Shown here: positions 44,074 through 55,960 of the stretch, piece by piece
How positions within the stretch are numbered: the stretch's first letter is position 1
Layout: every line of letters begins with the position of its first letter
Source of the DNA: Mobula hypostoma
Lineage: Eukaryota
DNA length: 64,000 nucleotides
Direction: 5' to 3'
Assembly (NCBI RefSeq): GCF_963921235.1
Contig: NC_086097.1
Location: 200,572,001-200,636,000 of the forward strand
Notes under the pieces: generated by a model
Databases searched by the model: none
What the model was told of the DNA's origin: nothing
Seen by the model: the letters and a program-made list of their open reading frames with translations, nothing else
Program-made: the position numbers and the translations under genes

Positions 44074-46816
44074 TTTATATATAATTTTTATTAAATTTTC
44101 AAAAAGAATACATGAAAAGATAAAATCTACCCCCCCTCCCCTTAACCCTCCCCCCCCCCGATATATAGTCCTACCTAAAAGAAAAAAAAGAAAAAAAAAG
44201 AAGAGCCGCCTGGGTATTGGAAGGTTCCCACATGCTCCATGGGATTCAAAATAAATTTGGTATAATTATTCGTTACTTTCCCCAAGTAACCAAATTCTTT
44301 GTCGGAGCACTTAAATATGACATCCTATCTTTTGTAAATAAGGGCGCCAAATATTCAAGAATGTTACATAATTATCTCTTAAATTATAAGTAATTTTTTC
44401 AAGTGGAATAGAACTAGCCATTTCATTATTCCAACAATCCATACTTAAATACGAATCAGATTTCTAAGTAACTGCTATAGTCTTCTTAGCTACTGCCAAT
44501 GCAATTTTTATAAATTCTTTCTGATATTTATTCAATTTAAGTTTCGGTTTTATCGCTTCAATATCACCTAATAGAAATAATACAGGGTTATGTGGAAGTT
44601 GAATTCCAGTAATTTGTTCCAATAAGATTCTTAAATTTATCCAAAAGGGTTGAATTTTAAAACAAGACCAAGTAGAATGTAGAAAAGTACCAATTTCTTG
44701 ATTACACTGAAAACATTTATCAGATATATTTGAATTTAATCTATTTATTTTTTGTGGTGTAATATATAATTGGTGTAAAATATTATATTGTACTAATCTA
44801 AGTTGAACATTTATTGTATTTGATCACATATCTCCCCGCAGAATCAGTTATTACATTTTGTGTTCTAATTGGTAACGTTTTATTGATCAAAATTGCTACT
44901 CCCCTCGCTTTTGAATTAAATGAGGCCGCAACAACATTACCCACCTCTTTAGTTTCTGATGTTCTGTTTATTAGGTGTGTTTCCTGTAAAAAAGCTAAAT
45001 CTATCTTCATTTTTTTAATATATGTTAAGATTCCTTTTCTTTTCACTAGTCCATTAAGCCCATTAACATTAAAACTCAAAAAAATTCAATAAATTAGTCA
45101 TTATTCTTAACAAAGTTACTCCAATCTAAAACATTACTTTATCTTCTCAACTCTCATAGTTCCTTGGGGAATCTCTTTAAACTTCACCATGATGCTATGT
45201 GTTCCCCCCCCCCAACCTTCCAGGCAAAAAGAAAAAAAAAGATAGAAAAAAAAACAAAATACCCCCCCACTAATGTTGTGAATGAAAAGATACACAACAC
45301 TACCCCCCTCCATTTTACGGGTCGCGGCAAAAGCCACGCTTGCACACATGATTAACGTAGCAATCGATCAGTGCTTCTTCCAGCTCCCCCGCAACAAAAA
45401 AAATTATATATATATATTTATATATAGACAAAATTAGTATTATTATTCCCAGCTAATTTCCTCCAGTATTAACCTTTCTTACCCCCTCATATAATTAATA
45501 CTATATTTATACATTCATCCCGCTTCAAAAATCCAACAAATCCATTCTTAAGTCCAATCTTCATCTTCAATCTATCTCGCTCTCCTGAGTTTGTTCTTGT
45601 ATCTGGTGAATATTCAGAGAATCTTGCACAAACTGCTCTGCTTTCTGGTAGTCATCAAAAAATCTTTTTTCTCCACCAGACAAAAAAAATCTTCAAAGTT
45701 GCAGGATAACGCAGTATAAATTGATAACCATGCTCCCATAGGGTTTTTTTCACTGGATTAAACTTCTTCCTTTTCTTCAAAAGTTCGTAACTTATATCAG
45801 GGTAGAAAAAAACTCTTTTCCCTTTAATTATCAATGGCCCTTTTCTATCTTTGGCAGCTCGAACAGCCGCCTGTAGAATCCTTTCCTTGTCTTGAGATCT
45901 TAAGAATTTTATTAAAATCGGTCGTGGATATTGGTCATTTTTTGGTTTTGGTCTTGAAGCTCTATGTGACCGCTCAATTTCAATTGGTCGAACCTTCTCT
46001 CCCATTTGCAAAACCTCCGGGATCCATCTTTGAAAAAATTCTATTGGCTTTTGTCCTTCCATACCTTCTGTAAGACCAACAATTTTAATATTATTACGTC
46101 TACTGAAATTTTCCAACATGTCCACTTTCTCCAAGAGTCGGTTTCTTTCCGAGATCCAGACAAGCAAATCATTTTCTGTTATTTCCACTCTGTCATTCAT
46201 AAGCCCCATTTCTCTTTCCATCTTCTGAAGCTTCTTTTCCATTTTGTCCTGTCTTTCCATAACTTTATTATAGCATCTCTTCGTATCTCTAAGCTCCTCT
46301 CTTACTTTCCTTAATTCAGCTGTTGATTGCAATACAGCCTCTCTTATGTCTCTATCATCTCCTTTACTTCCAATCGCTTCCAATTCTTCCTCCTCTTCTT
46401 CATCTGTGTTCTCTGCGGAATCCAGTTCTGCCTCTGAGTCATTTTCAATTGCAGTGGATGTCGGTTCTTGTAGTTTGCGCTGTGTCGATTTGCGCATGCA
46501 CAATTCCATTGTCTTCTTCGGAGCAACCTCTGCCACCGCCATTGCTCCCTGTTCTACCGAAGGAGATCCAACCTGAGTCCGAGGCTCCATCGTTGCAGTA
46601 GGCCCTTTTTTCTTCCCGTCTCGCGGCTGCTTCGCAACAGCAGACTTCTTTTGTTGCGGTTTAGGAGGCATATCGTAAAGTAATCTTACAAAGTTTATAA
46701 ATAGTTTTCAAAAAATATTTACCAACTTTGTTTTATTTAAACGGTACTTTACTGATTTGTTGCGGGAGAGCTGAATTTACACGTCTCAATCCCACGTCAT
46801 CACGTGACGCCCCCCC
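44074..46816 (-). mobile_element. Second L1 family (L1-B), both ends present, ORF2 internally deleted
   Basis: TSD TTTTTTTACTGTTTTT at 44058-44073 and 46817-46832. ORF2 start (SFNVNGL, FLQETH, GRYVI) joins directly to C-terminal VQYNILHQLYITP...CFQC...HSTWSC. Confidence 0.9.
45655..46671 (-). CDS. L1-B ORF1p (possible frameshift near the C-terminus)
   Basis: LENFSRRNNIKIVGL.EG.E, IEIERSHR, PRPILIKF, FYPD, RYPATLKI. Confidence 0.85.
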   Translation of the reverse strand: MPPKPQQKKSAVAKQPRDGKKKGPTATMEPRTQVGSPSVEQGAMAVAEVAPKKTMELCMRKSTQRKLQEPTSTAIENDSEAELDSAENTDEEEEEELEAIGSKGDDRDIREAVLQSTAELRKVREELRDTKRCYNKVMERQDKMEKKLQKMEREMGLMNDRVEITENDLLVWISERNRLLEKVDMLENFSRRNNIKIVGLTEGMEGQKPIEFFQRWIPEVLQMGEKVRPIEIERSHRASRPKPKNDQYPRPILIKFLRSQDKERILQAAVRAAKDRKGPLIIKGKRVFFYPDISYELLKKRKKFNPVKKTLWEHGYQFILRYPATLKIFFVWWRKKIF

Positions 46817-49171
46817 TTTTTTTACTGTTTTTAATGGAGGTCGGGATTGAGGACGTGATTTTAAGTTTAACTCTGTTTGGTTTCAAGTTAGCCCATTGCT
46901 TTGCTTTGCTTTTAGTTAGTTGCACGGTGGGTTTTTTTTTGGGGGGGGTTTCCTTTTCTCTTGATATATATATAAAAATTAGTATACTATTATGTTACCT
47001 TGGTATGTTATGTTTAAATTACATTGTTTGTAGTATTTTTTTTGTATTAATATCTCCTGTAATCTTATTATATTCTAACAGTGTATTAGTGTCTATATGG
47101 CTTACCTTTTTGTATACTTATTCAATAAAAAGATTTAAAAAGAAGAAAAAAAGAAAGAAAGGCTATCTCCAAATCATGGAAAATAAAATAAGACTGCAGT
47201 TGCTGGAATCTGAAACAAAAGCAGAAATGCTGGAAGAATTCAGCTGGTCATGGAGCATCTGTAGAAATAAATTAGTCAACAGTTTAGGTCAATAGCCCTT
47301 TCTCAGAACCTCCTACTGAAGCTCAGCTTAGATTTTAATGTTAAGATTTCTAAACAGTCTGCTGAGCCCACAACTTTGTTTATACGTGATACTGTATATG
47401 CAATTTAAAAATGAGGTGAATGCTGCCTGGACTACAGGGGATGCCTTGAGGATAGATTGAGTAACTGGAGGAAAGCAAAGGGCAATGTCAGAGTTAAGCT
47501 ATTTTTTTAAAAAAAGTGATGGGGGCATGGAATGCCTTACTGGGGGCTGGTGGTAGAGGCAGATACTTTAAGGGCATTTAAGAAGCTTAGGTAAGCACAT
47601 GGATGATAGGAAAATGCAAGGTTATGTAGGAGGGAAGGGTTAGATTGATTTTAGAGTGGGTTAAGAGGTCCACAAATGCTGCAAACCCTCTAAATTCCTC
47701 CATCAGTTTGACATTATATTTAATAAAAATCATGTGTGCCTGGGACACAATAAACCTGCAGGGAGTCCAATAATCAGCTCCACAGGTAATTAAATACTTC
47801 AGTAATTTCCAGTTTGGAAATCATTGCGTAGTACTGTGTATTCGTCTCAAATTCAAGATCAATGTAGAATTGTATAATTAACTTCACCTGATAGTGACAA
47901 GAGGATGGGTAGGGAGAGGTGTAACTCCTCCTACTCACTGTGGGTGTAAGTGCCAGGAGAATGGGGTCGTGTGAATGGAGAGGGATAAGCAGACAAGGAA
48001 GTCACAAAGAAAGTGGTCCCTATGAAAAGCAAGCAGTGGGGATGGGGGGAAAGAGAAAGACAGACAGGAACAGTGATAGGATCCTGCTGCATCTACCACA
48101 AATCACAAAGGAAACTCTATCCCTCTTCTGTCTGGGTATAGGGATGTCCAGGAGATGGGGGAAATACAAATGACGGAACAAGGACTCCAGCAACTACAGT
48201 AAAAGAGTAGAAAAGGGAAAGAAGCATCAGGAATGGTCCAAGTTAATTTGAGGGCGAAAAGCAACATCAATGAAGTCATTGATGCTGCAGAAGAAAGGTT
48301 AAGAGAGTTGCCAAGCTATCACGCAGTAACTGAAATGCTCCCATGCACATAGCCTTTGTTGCTGCGCAGATAGAATTTCCTTTCCAATAATACTAAAGTG
48401 CCGCAGTTTTCAGGCCTGCTCAGAGTAATGGTTAGTTCATGCCGCTGTGAAAAAATTGAGGGAACGTTGGCTGCCCAAGTAGGTGTGCAAAAAGGACTGT
48501 TGGAGGATAATGGGCTGTGAGACTACCCATGGCTATACATAAAGAATCAAAAGTCATTGAGGCCAAGAGCAAGTTTTGCCAGGCAGATGAGTGTTAGTGG
48601 AGGTGAACTAGATGAACCTTCATCCCAGAAAGAAGCAGAGGGTCCCAAGTACTTCTTGATGAGGGAAAGAGGTATACAAATGCTGAATGTCCATGGTGAG
48701 GATTAGATGATAGGGACAACGGAATGGGATATTGTCAAAATGGTAGACAGCATGAGACGCATCTTGAAGATAGGTCGTAAACGACCAGTCAAAGGGAAAC
48801 AATAGATATAGAGTCAGGGTATGAAGAAATAAAAACCAGCTGCTGGAGGAACTCAGCAGGTCAAGCAATTTTGATTGAGACCTTTCAAATGGAAGGGGTA
48901 AGTGGAGCAAGAGCAGACAAAAACAATGTGTCTACGAGGATAGTCCTATTGCTCATCTTTGTGTAGAGTAGGGGCAGAATCAGAAGAGATCTCAACTTCC
49001 AGTTCAAGTTTAATTGCCATTCAACCATGTACAAATACAGCCAAATGAAACAGCATTATTCTGGAGCCAAGGTGCAAAACACAGTATCAACAGTCATTAA
49101 AAAGCCCAAGGCATATATAGCACATACAAGATAGCAGTAAAATACAGTCTCACAAGAAAAATACAGTACAA

Positions 49172-50254
49172 CTACACAACGGGATGACCTGTTGGGGCAC
49201 CCTTTAAGAGAAGGGTAGTGCAGTCTGATGTGACCAGAATGAACATTAAATTTTCCTGAATGCTATTGGTATCGCTTTGTTTTGGAAACTGAAGCAGACA
49301 ACCTCAGTTTATTAAAGAAGAACGACACGTAGCAAAGCAAATATAGCTCCTCCTCGTTTAATGAAGGACACTTTTGATGGCATCATTTCTGGTTTATCTG
49401 CTATCCTTGTCCCTCTTGTTGTCATTCTGGAGATGTGCAGCCCTTTCATTCCCCTGTCTCTTCATCTCTTCTGCTGTTTGTTGTTTGTCTCTGATCCTGG
49501 AGACATGCATGCCTCTCCTCCTGTCTCTTCTTCTCTCATCTTTTTTGTCCTGACTCTTTGATCCTGGAGTTGTGCGGTCCTGGCCTCATCCGATTCTTGT
49601 TCTCTCCCTCTCCTTGCCACTTCCCGACGACGTTTGGCATCATCTCTTGACCATAATGACCCCCTTCCCTTTCCACGCGGCATAATTAGGCTGACCTTTT
49701 TTCTTTTACCCTAATGCTGGATAGAAGATACGAAGCAGTAACAGCAAAGGATGCTGATTATTCTTGATGATGTGGTTGGTGCTCTCCTAAATGGACGTGA
49801 TATAGTCATCGCTGTCCTTTGACTGCAGCAAAGGGGTTTATGGGCGTCTTGAAGTACGTCGTTACAATAAAATTTAATTATCTCTTATTGATGGGTGGCA
49901 GTTAGATCTGTCCCAATCCTGCACATGCTGATGCTGATTAGCAGAATGTGACCCCTCAAAATAGAGCTGCCCTGCCCTTTTGCTCCGGTAGGTGTCGCTG
50001 CTGAGGCTGGCCGTGCACATCCCAATCTCCATGATGAAGGATCATCTCTTGGATCAAAGCGAGCCTGATAGTTTTGGCAAATGAGCAATTTTATACGAAT
50101 ATATAACCCTGAACCTTGCCTGCATACTGTAAGTTAGCGCATTTTAATTCGATTTAGCCAAAAAAGTGCCGCTGTAATGCACGGTTTGTGCTAATTGGAG
50201 GTCACAAACAGACAAACAGAGAGACAAAGCATGAGAGTTTTCGTAGTATATAGA
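49172..50254 (-). mobile_element. Non-autonomous Helitron retaining a RepHel N-terminal repeat fragment
   Basis: Minus strand: host A|TCTATATACTACGAAAA...GTTTGTCTGTTTGT 5' end; 3' hairpin CAACAGG-TCAT-CCCGTTG then TGTAG|T host; no TSD; ORF 49462-49683 with ESDEAR..LQDQR repeats. Confidence 0.82.
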
Positions 50255-50634
50255 TTCACCTTGTCTTCTGCTGTGCGAACACCTGAGGCAGCACTGACTC
50301 CAACATGGACACTGTGCCACTCTGCCTCCAACACTCTGGCGGAGCATTTGACTTTGACGCCTACCCCTGGGTGGCTGCAAACAGGCGACAGCGCAGTTTG
50401 ATGCCTAGTCCTCACTACGGCTGAGGCCATGCAGCCTCCCCACTGTCCATCCTTGCCATTTGCCAATAAGCCAATGAATAGGGACTTTCAGCATCCCAAT
50501 CCACCAACGTTCTAAAAGGTCTTGCAATCACAAGAAAAGGAACCAAAAGCAACTAAGGCAATCACTTGCAGTTAGACCGCACATCTCCTTCACACACCGA
50601 CACCCTCTGTTACAGGCAGCATCACAGTCCGCAC

Positions 50635-51936
50635 CATGATTTGTGAAAGGAAAATCATGTCTGACGAATCTCATAGAATTTTTTTGAGGATGTAACTAGT
50701 AGAGTGGATAGGGGAGAACCAGTGGATGTGGTATATTTGGATTTTCAAAAGGCTTTTGACAAGGTCCCACACAGGAGATTAGTGTGCAAACTTAAAGCAC
50801 ACGGTATTGGGGGTAGGGTATTGGTGTGGGTGGAGAATTGGTTAGCAGACAAGAAGCAAAGAGTGGGAATAAACGGGACCTTTTCAGAATGGCAGGCGGT
50901 GACTAGTGGGGTACCGCAAGGCTCAGTGCTGGGACCCCAGTTGTTTACAATATATATTAATGACTTGGATGAGGGAATTCAATGCAGCATCTCCAAGTTT
51001 GCGGATGACACGAAGCTGGGTGGCAGTGTTAGCAGTGAGGAGGATGGTAAGAGGATGCAGGGTGACTTGGATAGGTTGGGTGAGTGGGCAAATTCATGGC
51101 AGATGCAATTTAATGTGGATAAATGTGAAGTTATCCACTTTGGTGGCAAAAATAGGAAAACAGATTATTATCTGAATGGTGGCCGATTAGGAAAAGGGGA
51201 GGTGCAACGAGACCTGGGTGTCATTATACACCAGTCATTGAAAGTGGGCATGCAGGTACAGCAGGTGGTGAAAAAGGCGAATGGTATGCTGGCATTTATA
51301 GCGAGAGGATTCGAGTACAGGAGCAGGGACGTACTACTGCAGTTGTACAAGGCCTTGGTGAGACCACACCTGGAGTATTGTGTGCAGTTTTGGTCCCCTA
51401 ATCTGAGGAAAGACATCCTTGCCATAGAGGGAGTACAAAGAAGGTTCACCAGATTGATTCCTGGGATGGCGGGACTTTCATATGAAGAAAGACTGGATGA
51501 ATTGGGCTTGTACTCATTGGAATTTAGAAGATTGAGGGGGGATCTGATTGAAACGTATAAGATCCTAAAGGGATTGGACAGGCTAGATGCAGGAAGATTG
51601 TTCCCGATGTTGGGGAAGTCCAGAACAAGGGGTCACAGTTTGAGGATAGAGGGGAAGCCTTTTAGGACCGAGATTAGGAAAAACTTCTTCACACAGAGAG
51701 TGGTGAATCTGTGGAATTCTCTGCCACAGGAAACTGTTGAGGCCAGTTCATTGGCTATATTTAAGAGGGAGTTAGATATGGCCCTTGTGGCTACGGGGGT
51801 CAGCGGGTATGGAGGGAAGGCTGGGGCGGGGTTCTGAGTTGGATGATCAGCCATGATCATAATAAATGGCGGTGCAGGCTCGAAGGGCCGAATGGCCTAC
51901 TCCTGCACCTATTTTCTATGTTTCTATGTTTCTATG
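50635..51936 (+). mobile_element. Young 5'-truncated CR1 LINE with an uninterrupted RT C-terminal ORF (50704-51837)
   Basis: YLDFQKAFDKVPH, GVPQGSVLGP, KFADDTKL; (TTTCTATG)n tail. Confidence 0.95.
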
Positions 51937-52585
51937 TCCAACTCCTTCAGTTTCTCCACCAACAAGCAACTCGCTGATGGGCTAGACTTGCAGTACATTA
52001 AGCTCTTAATGTCCAGCAAAGTATTAGGTCACATAAAATGTGTTTAATAAAGACAGTAACATCTCTGGTTGATCCTGTAGAAGCTGCTACGACCAAGCAT
52101 GCCACCATTTTAACAGAGATCTCCTGGTGTGATGATATTTAACAATCCAGGAGACATTGATCAGGTAGTGTCCATCCAAGAATGCCAACTGACCTGTGAA
52201 AGGTAAAGGCAAGTCTGCCAAGACCATAACTCCACTATCCTTATCTATGGGTTTGATGACCCAGTTAGTAATGATACAGAACAAATGGAGTACTATGTGT
52301 TTAGAGAACAAGAGGGTGGAGTAGATGTGGGGAGTAGAGAAGCCAAGGTGGCTAATGTAGCCCTCTACACTCTGTCCTGATGCGTGGTCTTAACCTGAGA
52401 CGTTGACCAGCCCTTTGCCTCCATAGATGCTGCTTGACCCACTGAGTTCCTCCAGATCCCAGTATCTACAGATTCTTGTCTCTCCCTTAAATTATAGTCA
52501 CCAATTCCCACTATAAACTTTGACAGACTTAGTACACATGACTTTTTAGGCACAAGTTTTTTAATTCCACTACCTAGTGTGTTCA

Positions 52586-53680
52586 CAGTAAGAGAAATTG
52601 TCTACAAATGAAGGAAATTCAGTACTGTTGCTAATCTCCGTAGGAGTGGACATCCTGCAAAGATCACACCAAGAGCACAATGTGCAATGCTGAAGGAGGT
52701 GAAAAAGAACTCAAGGGTAATAGTAAAAATCCTGCAGCAATCTCTAGAACACGCTAAAATCTCTGATCATGTGTCCATTATAAGAAAATCACTGAACAAG
52801 AATGGTATTCATGGAATGACACCACGGAGGAAACCATTGCTCTCCAAAAAAAAACTCAAAAAAAAAACATAACATTGCTGCATGTCTCAAATTTGAAAAA
52901 GACCTCCTGGGTATTCTACAATGCTTCTAGGACAATGTTTTGTGGACAAATGAGACAAAAGTTGAACTTTTTGGCAGAAATTCACATGGCTATGATTGGA
53001 GGAAAAAGGGCGCTGCACACCAACACTAAAATCTCATCCCAACTGTGAAGCATGGTGGAAGGAGCATCATGGTTTGGGGCCACTCTTCTGCCTCAAGTCT
53101 TGGACAGCTTGTAATTGTTGACGGAACAATGAATTTTAAATTGTATCAAGACATTTCACAGAAGAATGTCAGGGTAGCAGTCCATCCCTGAAGCTTAATA
53201 GAAATTGGATAATTCAACAAGGCAATGTCTCAGAGACAAGAATAAATCAACAACAGAATGATTTAAAAAGAAGAAATTTGTGTTTTGGAATGGCTGAGTC
53301 AAAGTCCTAACCATAATCCTATAGAAATGCTGTGGAAAGACCTGATCCAAGCAGTTCATGCAAGGAAGCCCACCATCATCGCAGAGTTGAAGCAGTTTTG
53401 TAAGGAGGAATGGCCTAAAATGCCTCCAAGCTGATGTGCAGGACTGATCAACAATTGCTGGAAGCATTTGGTTGAAGTGAATTTATTGCTGTACAAGGGG
53501 TCACACCAGTTACTGAAAGCACAGGTTCACATACCTTTTCTGACAAATACATGTAATATTGGATCATTTTTCTCAATAAATATGTATATCAGTAAGTATT
53601 ATTGTTGTGTTATTCATTTAAATGGGTTCTCTTTATCCAGTTTTAGGAATTAAATGAAGATCTGATCACATTTTAGGTCC
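52586..53680 (+). mobile_element. Tc1-like transposase remnant
   Basis: RRKPLL, WT.ETK, PTVKHGGRSIMVWG, W.SQSP..NPIEMLW. Confidence 0.8.
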
Positions 53681-54586
53681 TCTTCTGGGGCATGTGGGAC
53701 CAGTACAAAAGGGATGTGTTCCACTTGAATCCGAGGGGGACCAATATTCTTGTGGGCAGATTTACTAGAGCTGTTGGGAGTGGTTCAAACTAATATGGCA
53801 GAGTGATGGGAAACAGTATGATAGAGCTGAAGGTGAGCCAGCAGGTTTACAAGTAGATGATGGATGTAACATGAATGTAAGGAAGGACAAGTCAAAGATT
53901 GGATGCAAAAGCATAGAGTTAAATTGTACCAGGGCAAAATTCAAAAGGGCAAAGAATGTATTTAAGTGCGCATAGCATTCAGATTAAGATGGACGAGCTC
54001 GTGGTGCTTGACAATTGGAGATTGGTCAGTATGATATTGTGGGCATCATTGAGTCATGGCTGAGGGAAGGCCATAGTTGGGAGCTTAGCATCAGAAAGAT
54101 ATACTTTGTATTGAAAGGACAGGCAGGAAGGCATAGGCAGTGGTATGGCTCTGTTGGTAAGAGTCGGAATTACATCTTTAGGAAGAGGTGACATAGGAGC
54201 AGAGAATATTTGAATCTTTTCGGGTGGAGTTAAGAAATTGCAAGGGTAAAAAAATTACAGGGATCATATATAGACCTCCAAATAACAACCAAGATGTGGG
54301 GTTGAGATTGCAAAGGGAGCTGGAAAAGGAATGTTTAAAGGTAATGACACAATTGTAACGGAGGGCTTCATAATGCAAATAGATTGGGAAAAATCACGTT
54401 GAAGTCAGATCGCAAGAGAGGGATTTGTTGAATGCCCATGAGATGGTGTTTTAGAGCAGCTGGTACTTGAGCCAACTTGGGGAAAGTCCATTTTAGATTG
54501 GCTGTTGTGTAATAACCCAGATCTTATTAGGGAGCTTAACGTAAAGGGACCATCAGGAGGCAGAGATCATAATATGATTGAATTAA

Positions 54587-54901
54587 CAATTGAATTAATA
54601 GGCATCCGTTAGTGTCATGAGACCATGGATTTGCACCTTGCAAGGTTTCCAGGATGCAGTCCTGGGCAAGGTTGTATGGAAGACCAGCAATTACTCATGT
54701 TGCAAGTCTCCCCTCTCCACGCCACCGATGTTGTCCAAGGGAAGGACATTAGGAACCATACAGCTTGGCACTGGTGTCATCGCAGAGCAATGTGTGGTTA
54801 AGTGCCCTGCTCAAGGACACACACGTTGCCCCAGCCAAGGCTTGAACTAGCGACCTTTAAATCACTAGACAAACGCCTTAACCACTTGGCTACATGCCAA
54901 C
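54587..54901 (-). mobile_element. tRNA-derived SINE with a probable RTE-like tail
   Basis: A box TAGCCAAGTGG, B box GTTCAAGCC, core GTGTCCTTGAGCAGGGCACTTAAC, tail ...CTAACGGATGCC; 13-bp TSD ATGATTGAATTAA at 54574-86 and 54902-14. Confidence 0.85.
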
Positions 54902-55291
54902 ATGATTGAATTAATACTGCAATTTGAGAGGGAGAATCACAAATCCCATGTATCAGTATTGCAATAGAATAAAGGGAATTACAGAAGCACGAGAGAGGAG
55001 CTTGCCCAGGTGGATTGGAGGAGGATACTGGCAGGAATGACGGCAGAGCACAGACGACTGAAGTTTCTGGGAATAGTTCACAAGGCATGGGACAGGATAT
55101 GTCCCACAGAGGAAGAAGTTCTCAAATGGCAGGGGTACGCAACCACGGCTGCCAAAGGAAGTTAAAGATTGTATAAAAACCAAGGAAAGAGCATATAAGG
55201 TAGCAAAAGTGAGTAGGAAGTTGGATGACTGGGAAGCTTTTAAAATACAACAAAAGGCAACTAAAAAAGGCTAAAGGAAAAAGATGAAATA

Positions 55292-55902
55292 TGAAGGGTG
55301 ATTGATAAGTTCGTGGCCCAAGGTAGACGGCGCCTACCACATTTATTTTTCAACATAGTCCCCTCCTACATTTACACACTTAGTCCAGCAGTCGTGGAGC
55401 ATACGGATCTTGGACCTCCAGAAAGTGTCCACAGATGTGTGATTGATAAGTTTGTGCCTAAGGTGGAAGGAGATGAGTTATACAGCTCTTGTTACATGCA
55501 CATGCAGGTCAACTCTTTGAGTGATTATGCAGAAAGTTTGAAGTTAATAACTCATCTCCTTCTATCATAGGCCATGAACTTATCAATCACCGCTGATGCA
55601 CTGTTAACTGATGAGTTATTAATTTCAAACTTTCTGCATAATCACTGAAAGAGTTGAACTGCATGTGCATGTAAAGAGAGCTGTATAACTCATCTCCTTC
55701 TACCTAAGGCCACGGACTTATCAATCACCCCTGCTGTGGACACTTTCTGGAGGTCCAAGATCCGTATGCTCCACGACTGCTGCACTAAGTGTGTAAATGT
55801 TGGAGGGGGATATGTTGAAAAATACAAACGTTTTTAAATGTGCTAGGTTTTTTAAAATTGTCTCCTTTTACCTTAGGCCATGAACTTATCAATCACCCCT
55901 CG
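55292..55902. mobile_element. Mariner-like palindromic MITE
   Basis: TA TSDs; TIR CGAGGGGTGATTGATAAGTTCATGGCCTAAGGTA; long internal inverted arms. Confidence 0.88.
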
Positions 55903-55960
55903 TATAAAGGCAGACTAGCCAATAATATAAAGCAGGATATCAAAAGATTTTTCAGTTATA

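Larger units (their letters stand above)
38530..47157 (+). mobile_element. Full-length L1-clade LINE (L1-A), with a second L1 nested in its 3' UTR
   Basis: 5' GGAGACTTCCGG start; ORF1, ORF2, AATAAA and A-rich tail; TSD AAAGGCTATC at 38520-38529 and 47158-47167. Confidence 0.93.
47900..52490 (-). mobile_element. Old Penelope-like element, decayed and interrupted at ~49.0-52.0 kb, with an inverted pLTR remnant at ~52370-52490
   Basis: LTMDIQHLYTSFPHQE (48620-48910) and VIKPIDKDSGVMV (52087-52311) align with FTMDVQSLYTSIPHQE and IIKPADKGGAVVV of the PLE at 61 kb. Confidence 0.7.

Noticed and set aside
54825..54901. tRNA gene
   Set aside because: The A/B boxes belong to a TSD-flanked SINE head; no convincing cloverleaf.
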